Shown: positions 40,263 to 50,900 of the stretch, one piece after another
How positions within the stretch are numbered: position 1 is the stretch's first letter
Layout of the letters: every line of letters starts with the position of its first letter
NCBI GenBank assembly: GCA_000708835.1
Contig: DF237049.1
Coordinates: 139,531-203,530 of the forward strand
Origin: Klebsormidium nitens
Taxonomy: Eukaryota; Plantae; Klebsormidiophyceae
DNA length: 64,000 bases
Reading direction: 5' to 3'
Program-made: the position numbers and the translations under genes
The notes under the pieces: generated by a model
The model's database searches: none
The model's input: the letters and a program-made list of their open reading frames with translations, nothing else
Told to the model about the DNA's origin: nothing

Positions 40263-41826
40263 GCATGATCAAATTGCACAAACTGCCCAGGCACCTTAGT
40301 CCTCTAGAGCACAGGTAAATGTTGTATTACTGGGATGGTCCTAACAGGAATGCGCGTTGGTAGGGTATGTTTGTGGAGCGGAGACTTTCTAGAACGTGAA
40401 CGCAACTGATGAGCTGCCTGCCGTGCTTCTTGTTGCTTCACGGCTTGTTACGGCCCTATATTTTTGATCGGCAAGCACATCCATGGAGCAAATCCTGAAC
40501 GGAGCTTACACTTTGCCACCTTCTTATCGCCCATCTGATATGCAATCTGACCAAGTATGCTTTCCCTTCAATGTCTCTAAGATGCCGCTTTTTAAGTGGA
40601 GTTTTGTACGCATCCTTGCTCCGGCCAGCCACACTGGCAGACGTTCAGGAAATCTTTGTGATTACGGCCACAGGATGGCAGTTCGATGTAGGTATATCAA
40701 ACGGGTGTAGGAAGCACTCCTCACAGCTACGATCATTTGGTTACTTTTCATGAAACAAAATGTACTGTCCTCCGGCATGAGAGTACTTGGACGTGACTCA
40801 GTTGTAACCATGAAGCAAGTTGCCTTGTGTTGCGAGTGAATAAACAGTAGACGACGGCCCTGCGCAGTGACCTCACACCATCTTGAAAAGGGGCTATATG
40901 GGCTCCTTGGTACACCGAATCTAAGTGCAACGTACACCATGTGCAAAGTGCAGCGACCTAAAGCCGCATTTGGCCATGAAGCGGCGAGAATGTATGTGAC
41001 ATTTACGCTTCGATGCAGGCTTGCAGCATCTTGAATATCCCGAGGGTTATGAATCCGACTGACTTCGGAGTCATTTGGGACATTTGCCAATTTGCATTAG
41101 CTGCAGCGAGCTCCCTTTGGCATTTTCTTTTGCACGATCGAAAAGGCCGTTTCCTTCCGGCCAGACGCAGCAATGTGAGGCCCTTGAATTAAGGCACTTG
41201 TCTTGTGTGTGCATATTACTTCGCGCCTGGATGCAGCACCGCGGCCTGCTTACGCATGGAGACCTGCATATTGCGTACGTTGCATGACAGGGGAATCTTT
41301 GAAGCTAGGCCGACCATCTCCGGCCAGCTACGTGACTGCATTAAAAGCTGAAGTGTAAAGCAGGCATGCATGCATGTACACAAATTCTAGTTCCTCGTGA
41401 TACGTCCGGCCTCGTGTGCTGATGCAGCCACATCCAACATGCGAATGTGTTGACACCATCGAATAATATACTCGAGACTGGTTGCCTATAGCTGCATGCC
41501 AACAACATTCGTCACAAGATACTCCGCAATGGACTTGCCAGGTACGTGATAGAAGAAGATGATAATCGAGCATCTTTAGAGTGGATGATCACACGACCAA
41601 TGAACGAGAGATGTATCCGGCCATGTGCATACCAACTGGCTGAGTGTCTAATACCTCGCATGCTTTCCAAATTTCTGCCGAAAATTCACGCCGCTCGCAT
41701 TTTCGATCTCAAACGATTGACGTCCAACAATGGGGCCCAGATCATGATTCTAGCATAAAAAGAAGGCAATCACCCGGGACAGACTTGAGAGACGCCATGA
41801 CTTTGTCCACGAGCTGGGCTTGCTGC

Positions 41827-44369
41827 TCAGGGGCTGAGCGTTGCGGCCCAGAAGATGGTTGGGTCGGCCTGGTTGTTGGCCACTCCCACGCGCGTGAACA
41901 CCGGGCTGGCAATGCCCGTTGTGTTCCACCCGGGGTCCAGCCTCTCCCACCGCCGCGCCAGCACCTGCACGCTCGCAGAACGGAGTATGCTCGATATGGA
42001 TCAACACCGGCTCTACGAGCTTTTGCGGGGCACCGAGCTCTGCCGATTTGTGAAGTGTCAGACTTGCCTGCTCAGACAACTCAAATGAAATCATGCAGTC
42101 GCGGAGTCGACATCCAATACGCCAAGCAATCTTCGTCTTGCAAGACGCTTTCAACCTTGCCCCGCAAAGTGCACCTGACAGCAACATGCAACACCTGGTG
42201 CGACCTGCATCGCTTCGTGCAATGGTCTTCCGAGTACGTTGCACATCCTGCCCTCTTCCAGCCCACGAGCGCTTCCTGGCTGACCCGATTCTCAAAGCCG
42301 CTCACCCCGGCCGACGCGGAGTTGCACGACGTGAGCTGCGACGTCTCCGCAGTGTCAATGGGCCCCAGCGTGCACTGGCCCGCCGCGGTCTGGCACACCA
42401 GGATGCGCGCCGCCACCGTCGTGTTGGCCAGCCCCAGCGTGTCGCTCACCGGCGCACACGCCTGCTCTGCACACAGGCCAAAACAGCGATTCAGCCGCTC
42501 GAAGCTTGGCAGGCGCGGGCGTACTGATCCCTAAAGCTTGCAAGGCCCGTGGAGTCGCTTCAGGCAAGCTTTCACAAACAATCAGTTCTTCCTTCTCTGT
42601 TAAAACAGCGCCTGATGCGTGGGACCGTCGTCTGCTAGAGGAAGAAAGGAGCACAGAGACGGATTGCTCTTCACAGACCCAGTGCTGAATGGTTTTGCGA
42701 TCCAAAGGCATTTGAGGAACAGCCAAAGTGTTTTGCCTCGTCATCCTGCAGCACCTTGAGAACACGAGCTAAGAAAGTCATCTCAGCTCGAAGGAAGAAC
42801 GAGGAGTCTCAAAGTTTCGAAGGCTCATTGAAGGCATGGAAACTGTGGAGACAGCTACGAGCGAGTCAGTTTCTCGATCCGTGCAGACTGGATGGCGCCG
42901 CTGCGGCGCCCGCTGAAAAGGACGTTCTTCTTCCAATTATTCCAAGCCACGCATCCTCACTTGGAAGTGGCCAAGGTGGTGTTGCAGGGGCTCACCGAGG
43001 CCGGTGTCGCGCGCGGTGCTCTGCGCGGCGCACATGAGGACGGGGTCCGGCACGAGCAGCGGCCGCCCGTAGATGGACCGCACCGCGTTCATCGCGTTCA
43101 CCACCTGCGCCTCAAACTTGGACAGCACAACCGGAGGGCACCCCTCCGGGAGAGACGCCGCTGCAGCCAGGGAGACAAGTCGACTGTTGATGGCCCAGGC
43201 AGAGAAAAAAAAAGAGAGGCAGAAATAAACAAAGAGGCTGATCTGCGGAACCACTGGGGTCGGGAATGAATCAGGCACACGAATGTTGGAAGAATTACTT
43301 TACGATTCACGGCCATCAGGTAGCTTCGCACAGTCCGAGGTAGTGCAGTTTTCGTCTGTGGACGGCACGTGGCCTTCTTTTGCCAGCCTTTGCATGACAG
43401 ACTGCAGGTATCCTGGAAGAAGCGCAATTCTGGAAAAGCTTCTCCCAGATGGTGCGCCAACAGAGCTCAAAGTAAGACTAGTAACACTGCCTTTAGTATG
43501 GATTTGAAGTACGGCCCCTTGTGTAAGCACCGGCTGAACTCAATCTGGAGTCTCGAACCCGCATAGTCGAGCTACACTCAAGTTCCCTTTTCAACCGTTC
43601 TTATTTGCTGCTCCGGATCCTAAAACAGTCTAAAGCAATCTCAGGGTTAGGCGAGATTCAGGGACAAACCACAGTCAATTGAGTCATTCAAAACGAAAAA
43701 GTATAGCGGTGTGCATTGAACGCAGTCCACCCTTCATCCGGCTCATCGTGACAGGAATATTGTGAGCACGCACGGCCCGCTCCTACCACAGTCCCGCGGG
43801 GCGGTACCTACCTGGGGTCGGCGCGGGCAGCGGGGCCGCCGCGGGGGCACTTTTGGCGGTGGCCTGGAGCAGCGCCCGAGCATGCACGCCTGCAGCAGAA
43901 AGCAGAGACGATGAAAGAGAAGCAGCGGAGTCTCGCTCCAGAAGCTCGAGATTGTAAACATCCCGATGAGCAGATCCTTTGCAAGCCCAAACACCGGCTT
44001 GTGAAGAGGGCCACACGACGGCAGCCTCCGCAAACCAAACCGGGGGCCCTTGCTAGAAAAAGTTCCCTCAACTGCTACGTACCACGCCTTCCAGAACCCG
44101 GAGTTCGTGCTTCGCAAGGCAGTAATACGACGTCTCTGCCTGCCAGGCCGGCTCCTCGACCCTCCTCCAAACTGCATTGAGGTCGCTCTCAGCCTATTTC
44201 CAGTTTGGGGAATCTGCAGAATGATTGATAGCCCCCGCAGCTTTTATTCATAGAAGACCAAACCGCTGGATGGTGGGCCGGCTACGTGTCGCTCACCGGG
44301 CCCTAGGTCGCTTGCCCGCCCTAGCAGTGCCAGGACCAGCAGGGCCACTCCGGCAGGGGAACGCTTCAT
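41827..44369 (-). CDS. Secreted CAP/SCP-domain protein (YkwD-like pattern), 5 exons
   Basis: Exons: 44297-44369, 43812-43889, 42996-43160, 42306-42466, 41827-41964; phases are consistent. Signal peptide MKRSPAGVALLVLALLGRA, Pro/Ala linker, FEAQVVNAMNAVRSIYGRPLLVPDPVLMCAAQSTARD (CAP N-terminal helices), and W..L...W...GIASPVFTRVGVA.....TIFWAATL (CAP C-terminal strands). Confidence 0.75.
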
Positions 44370-44743
44370 GGCGGTTTCTCGCGCTCTGCGGTCTGTCGCC
44401 TTGCCCTTCCGCATGCAGGCGCTTCTCTTACTGTGCCTGCTTTTATGTCCTGGTTCGAGCCGCTGCTGCAACCTGCAATTCAACCTGGCTTTGACGCGCG
44501 ACAAGCACGCCCATCTGCTGCCCGAGAGGCCACCTCTCGAGCTGCTGCTGGTGCGGGGCAGCACGCTCAAGTGCCTGGGGTCAGTCAGACTGGCGTCCGT
44601 TTGCGAGCGCATCTCTCGGAGCAGACCGTGGCAGTTTGAAGTTCGACGACCGCAACAGGACCGGTGTTGTCCATTGCAGCCCCGCTGACATTCGAGGACC
44701 CAACGTCAACTTCATGTGCCAGTGCATGCCGGTCAACTTTTGA
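44368..44743 (+). CDS. Candidate small secreted Cys-containing peptide (91 aa from ATG 44368, or 76 aa from ATG 44413), 2 exons
   Basis: Hydrophobic signal MQALLLLCLLLCPGSSRC. GC3-rich codons like those of neighbouring exons (CTG, TGC, AAC, TTC, GAC, AAG). A phase-matched GT-AG intron at 44580-44679 joins ..GSTLKCLG to PADIRGPNVNFMCQCMPVNF*. No family recognised. Confidence 0.45.
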
Positions 44744-45779
44744 AGAAACTGCCAAAGATCGCGGAGACTCTGCTCGAGCTGGGCCCTGCTTCAGACAAAC
44801 CATCAATGAGTAACAATATCAAATCAGATCGCGCATCATCAACTGTTGGTCCGTTGCCGCTGATTGGGCACTTTCCCTGCTGCGCAATGTCACCGGTGCG
44901 TGCCGTGGGGCGAAAGCGAACCTTGCGTACACACAGGGAGACGCGAGGTATTATAGACGCTCTTGACCCAGTTCTCCTAGGGCTTGGGGCGGAAGCAGAA
45001 GCCAAAGCCAAAGCTCTCGGATCCTACTGTAAAGCGGACCAACATCGCATGTTCGTTCAGTCAAATTGGATGTGCGTACCCTGATCGAGGAGTCTGATTT
45101 GAGACTCTGGCAGTAACGGCCAGCTGGCCAAGTCTGCAAGGGTAAGGCTTCGAATTCTGCTTGTAAATCTTCCGTGGTCATAGAAAGAAGTTGTGGACAG
45201 TCCGACCGTGACGAAAAAGTTAGCCTGGTGTCCGCTGCTTATCTTGATGAGCACCTGCAAACACCTACCGTAAGAAAACTCGGTTGTCACCGGAATCTCG
45301 GAGACTGATGAACGCATCTTTGAGACCAGTTGTGCTGATGAGCTTCGATCCAAATCGGGACTCGCTCTTGCAGGTTAGCCAGCATTACAGCAGACTCGTC
45401 AAGCAGCAGTCAAGCATGCCAGAAGAATATCAGAGAGATAGAATACTCTTTGCAGCCTCTGACCCTTCTGAAGACGCAGATTGATCTCGCCAGACAGACG
45501 GACGTGATCAACGTCCAATTCTGGTCTGTAAGGTTAGGTCTCGAGTCTGAATCTTTGCAACGGTTGTTCAAGAGTTTGAATACGAGGACAGATTGATCAG
45601 GCCCGGTGTGCCGCGTCCGGCAGGAGCATGTGAGACTACCGTATTTGCTAGATTGAGAGACAGCCGCAATATTTGGCTTCCACGTCTTATGAATGATATT
45701 CCAGAAACACGCAATTCCGAGTGAACTGCTCAGCCCTCTTTTTCTTCACTGGCATATAACGACTCCAATGGAATCGAAA

Positions 45780-47040
45780 GATCCTGAAGAATGGAGATTA
45801 ACGCACAGTCAAGCATACCAAGCTGACATGCTTTCACCTGTGGCACCAAGTATATGTGCCATTCTCTTTGACGTACTTGGATGTACTTGAAATTGCTCAT
45901 GTTCAGGCAAATGCACATTTGTTCAGCACATCCAGAAGCTCTCCAATCTTTGCTTCGACACTCGATGAAAAAGCATGTTTCCTTGCAACCTGCCGTGTTA
46001 TGCAAAGCTTCTTGTGAGTCAGCTTCCCTGAGCCCTTTAACCCGAAGCCTTGGTCAATGTTTTGTTCAGAATCTCAATTCTGACAATGATTAGACCTCAG
46101 ACTGGTACTATACCAGGCGGTGGCCCAACTTGACGTGCAATGTATTGCAGACTTGAACCTCTGAGATTTTTTCTGCTCATGCCACTGTCAAATGCTGCAA
46201 ATTGTTTGTTCAGCAAGAGTTAGGCTTGTCAACAAAAGTCGATAACACTTCGAATTCCTGAAACGCTCAAACGCTGAGAAGCTCAAGAAGGCTGGCAAAC
46301 GGAATTGGATCATTTGAGGCTCAGTCAAGCATACGAGAGGAAATGCTAGACAAAGTGTATCATCCTTCAAGGATGAAAACGCTCAAGAAGTATGAATGAA
46401 GTTGAGAAAACCACTCCGACTACTAACGTACCAGGTGCGTATCAGCTCTGCTACAAATTGGATTTTGTTCAGAAGTTTGATTAAGCCTTGCAGCCAAGCA
46501 ACGAGAGCGTGCTCAGCAAAGACTGAGCTTCTCTAAATAGACTGACCAACTTTTGAAAGCTCAAAGCAGGGCTGGAAACGCTCAGTCAAGCATACCAAGA
46601 GGAAATGCTCGACACAGCGTATCATCCCTTGAAGGAACGAAAACGCTCATGAAGTGTATGCACATTTATGCAAAACACTCCGAACAGCGTACCAACTCTG
46701 CTTTGGTGATCAAGAATCTCTTGCAACTTGAGGTAAATGATTGCGCAGAGTTGTACTTTCGAAACCGAACCTCTTGTTGAGCCGATTTTCAAATAAACTT
46801 CTTAAGTGCAAGCTCAGTGCAAGGTCGCTTGCGCTTGCGCAAGCTAGTATTTTACAACAATGAGCTCTATTCAGAAACTGGGCAGCACATTGAAAAGGCT
46901 CAAAGAAGGGTTGGAAACGCTCAGTCAAGCATACCGAGAGGAAATGCTCGACACAACGTATCATCCTTTAAGGATGAAAACGCTCTTGAAGTGTATGCAA
47001 TCTTGTGCAAAACACTCCGGTTAACAGCGTACCAACCCTC
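45780..47040 (+). pseudogene. Decayed tandem repeat array, probably a remnant of a helical/TPR-like repeat protein gene
   Basis: The core CAGTCAAGCATAC recurs at about 45806, 46322, 46583 and 46922, followed in three copies by GAGGAAATGCT.GACA...TATCATCC. The best copy translates SSIQKLGSTLKRLKEGLETLSQAYREEMLDTTYHPLRMKTLLKCM; the others carry stops or frameshifts. The repeat is seen directly; the TPR label is inference. Confidence 0.55.
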
Positions 47041-47914
47041 CGGCTTTGAGAGCTCAGTTGATCACGACAATTTTGAATCCTTGTTGAACGCCCAGACGCC
47101 GCCTCATCAGCTTCTAAGCTTACCAAAGTAGGTAGTAAAGAGCCTCTTGGTTCCTGAGCACGTTTGTTCAAAGGCAATCGTGAGCAGAGAGCAGCACTAG
47201 TGCTTGCGTTCAGCATGCGGCCGGTACGTACCTGCTTGGGAATAGTAACGTTACCTGCGTGTGCTTGGGCACTCCCCCATGTTTTTACGGCGATAGTGCA
47301 ATCCGGTACTTCCGTTTGCCCTCCTCGATCATCCAGGCCGTCCAGGATCCACATGGGCAAGAATGTGCAGAAACGGGCACATTGCATCTTCATGCACGCC
47401 GACGATACCCAGGCAGCAAACTGGGCCCCGCACAGACTGAACAGTCCGCGGTTAACTCAGTAACTGCTGGCCAAGCTTGGCGATAGACTAGAAGAAACTG
47501 GGTTAGGCATAGATAACCACTGTTAAGCTTACAGAACCAGGGCGGTGAGGGACGCGCTAGCCTTAGGTACACAGTATGGGACGGCGCCAAGCCTGGCCAG
47601 TGCCATGCAACGGCAACTAACCAGCTTCAAAATGTTAGCTATGTCGATACAGCGCATTTTGGGGCAAGGCTTCCCGGTATGACCTTGTGGATAAATCAAT
47701 CAATGGCGCCCCGAAATCATGAGCGGGGCTAGCACGGCTTGAAAACGTTTGGAAAGGAGCATTGTGTCAGCATTGTGTTAAGATTGGAGGTCTTGATCTT
47801 GTATGTGAAGCAAGCTGCTCCACAGTAAGTATGCAAGGGCTGAGGGGCCGATGATATGAGTGGAGCCTCTGGACGGGGCCAGACTTTTCGACCCGCGCGC
47901 ACTGGACTAAAGAG

Positions 47915-50900
47915 ATGGACGAAAGTCCACTGAAGAGCATAAAGACTGCTGTCGCAGTTGTTGAAGACTATGTACGCGAGGCTGTTAGCAGGAAAGGACG
48001 CTGGCGGCTAAGTTCTCTTGACACACACCTGGAGCAGCACGGGCTGCATGCATTTACAGGGGGGTTTGCCAAACAGTTTGCGAAGAGAACCCTCGAGAAG
48101 GTTCTGCAGCAGAATCCACCAGCACCAGAAGAGGAAGTTCTAGTAGTACAGCGACTACTTTTTGAGATGGAGGATGAGAAAGATCATGTAAGCATGAAGA
48201 CCAAGGCAGGCAATAATCTGGATAGACTTGCATTGATCATATCTTCTTTTCTGCGGTTCTGGTCCAAACACCTGCAATACTGGTCATCCTGAACATGGAA
48301 AGACTCGGTTAAGATTTCTCTACTTTAGCATTGAGCTGTTGTGTGTTCCATGTGGATCCAAAACTCACTCTCGTAGTTGGTGAAAGCTCTCTGTACCCAC
48401 TCTTTTCTGCATTGCCTAACCAAGGTGCAGGCGTGCAGATCGATAGTTTGCTGACATTGCACAATCCATGAGCATCCAATATTGTTTGATTGTCATAAGA
48501 AGTCCCAAAGTTCGTTCTTGTGGATTACCAAAGTGTTCCTCTTGGTTGGGAATAGGTGTTCCAAAAGAACCTATGGAACTTGAAACTCTTAGCACTACCT
48601 TACACGCAACTCGGGGCCAGAAAGAACTTAGGCCTGTAACGTGGCCCCAACAGCAGGAATGGATACACCTCTTACAAAATACTGTTGCGAGCCACAAAGA
48701 TACGCCGTGACAGTCCTGGTACAAGTCAAGGACATGCCCTTGATGCCAAGGTTTGTGATTGTACTGTGTTACCTCTTGCAGGCTCGTATGAAGCGTGCAA
48801 GACAACGGACGAAAAAAACCGTGCACTATGCCGGTTCCCATTTTGATGGGTGCTCAATTCAGACGTAGGTTTCCAATCCATTCCATTGCAAGATTTTGAT
48901 GAGAATCAACGTCATCTGCTTTTCAAGAGTGTGATGTTCAAAGAGGCCCTCCTGAGGTGATTGCCAGCTGTCCCGTATGCCATACTTGTACAAGGCAGAG
49001 CCTGCTTCTCCTGTCTTCTGACGTCTGATTGTTTCAAATGCCTTTTCTCTCAGGTTGAATCACAATCTCCATGGACTCAGCATGCCCCTTTCGGCCAGCC
49101 CCAAAATGTGTTTCGCAATGCAGCCCGATGACGATGCACAGTAACAAGCCCTCTCAGTTTTCACAAGTCTTCCTGAGGGGATGAGGAAATTTGATTTTGC
49201 GCACATCTTGCACAGAAGATCCACCCAGGTTGGATTTGACTGAAAGGATTGTCTATTTGCCGAGCAGTGTATATCAGATAGCATCAAGCAAAGCCAAGGT
49301 GTAACAGAAATCTTCATCTGGCCCTATATTGCCTACTTCAGCGTCATATGGGTAGTCAACCAGTGGCCCATGGAGTCTCAAATGCCGACATGCGCAAGCA
49401 CCTTGTCAGATGATAGTTTCTTATGGACACCTGTCGAATTGCTCGATAACCCTCGACATCAAGAAATCTAGAATGAACCTGGAGAGCCCAATACAGTTCC
49501 GAGCACTGCCAGTGACATCGTCAGCTGCGAACTTGCAAAATCAGCTTTCTGCAAAGCAATAGTCAGTCAAAGGATTTCCTTTCCAGGGCCAATGGGCGGG
49601 CCGCTCAAGCAGCACCCCCTCAGGAATACGAGGACGAAGGCGTCCCATGGGCAGGCCCGGCTGCAGCACCGCCTCTCCTCCTTCCGGCGAAGCGAGCGTT
49701 GGAGGAGCAGGACTGCAACATCCTGATGGGGCGGTTCGAAAGGCAGGGGGGGTCGCCCAACCTCGGCAGCCAGTCGTCAAGCCCTCCCTCGTGGCGCATC
49801 AAAGACTCCATACAAGTCAACGAGAAAAGAGAAAAGGTGCATGCTCAATACAAGATTCCGGGACTTCAGCAGTCATTCCAGCAGGAGCAGCCCTTTGTGC
49901 AGACCAATCCTCTCTTTGCGCCGGGGGCGGGGTTGTCTACCGGAAGCCCCATGCGTCTGCACGAGAAGGTTCTTCATCGAAGCAGGAAAGAAATGGGCCT
50001 GCGGCCATTCTGGGCCGGCACTTCCACTCTTCCTCCGACCTCGGCTGAGAAGAGGAGGCGGACAGGGATAGGGAAAGAAGTGCGCTTCGAGTTGCCGCAT
50101 GACTCTCCGATCAAGGGCAATGCCGCCCAAGACAGCCAGGACGCAGTAAGTTTGCCCCCTGTCAATGAAGCCTCAACCTTTCGCTCAGGATAGTATAACG
50201 TAACCTTTCTTCTCAAGGCCTTTGTGTGCTGCTTTTGTCGACTCTTAGGCTCGTTTATAAAGTCCGCTTCTTTCCCGTGTGTGGTCAATGCTCATTTGCG
50301 TTTCCTACCTGGACACTAGCTAGTGTCGGCGATGTTGATTTTAAAGTACTGGGTGAATCAAGTGCTGAAGTGCATCCTTTGCTTTACGTGTTGAACTGCA
50401 TCGCTTTGAAGGTCTGCGTATGCGAAAGGGCATACTTGCTATCGACGACCCTCAGAGTGGAAGTCTTTCCACTCTAGTGATGCACCTTGTGGGTACCTGC
50501 AGATTAATGTTTCTTGCGGCGGTCGTGCAGGTTTGGGCCACCACCAGGCGAGAGGCCACGGACCCTGCGCACGACCAGACGTCTTCCCCTGACTCGCCCA
50601 CCTGGACCTCAAGCCGTCTTCTGCAAGTAAGCCTCGAGCCGTTGCGGGTGGTCATCCAAGAAGGTCATCAAGTTCGCCGATCTTTCCGTTTGTTAAACAG
50701 GCGGAAAATTGTTTGCAGAAGCCTAACCTCATCTTCCCCATCTTTGTCAGCGTGATACTTCACTGGCTCGCCTTTTGCGCTCGGCAAACTCTATAAACCG
50801 AGTAAGAGTACTTCTATGTCACAAATTTTCTCGAAATATGGTGTGATTGAAGCCTAACTTCCTGTCACCCTTGTTTGCAGAGTCTTTCACAACGACTCGC

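Noticed and set aside
43530-43600. tRNA/B-box-like GGTTCGAGAC on the minus strand
   Set aside because: No cloverleaf or A-box. No tRNA, rRNA or CRISPR array could be supported anywhere in the window.
44733-45353. Possible minus-strand exons (VLIKISSGHQANFF...LLDQG)
   Set aside because: Plausible splice sites, but no start, no recognisable domain and no codon bias. I also found no P-loop or other NB-ARC motif upstream of the repeat array.
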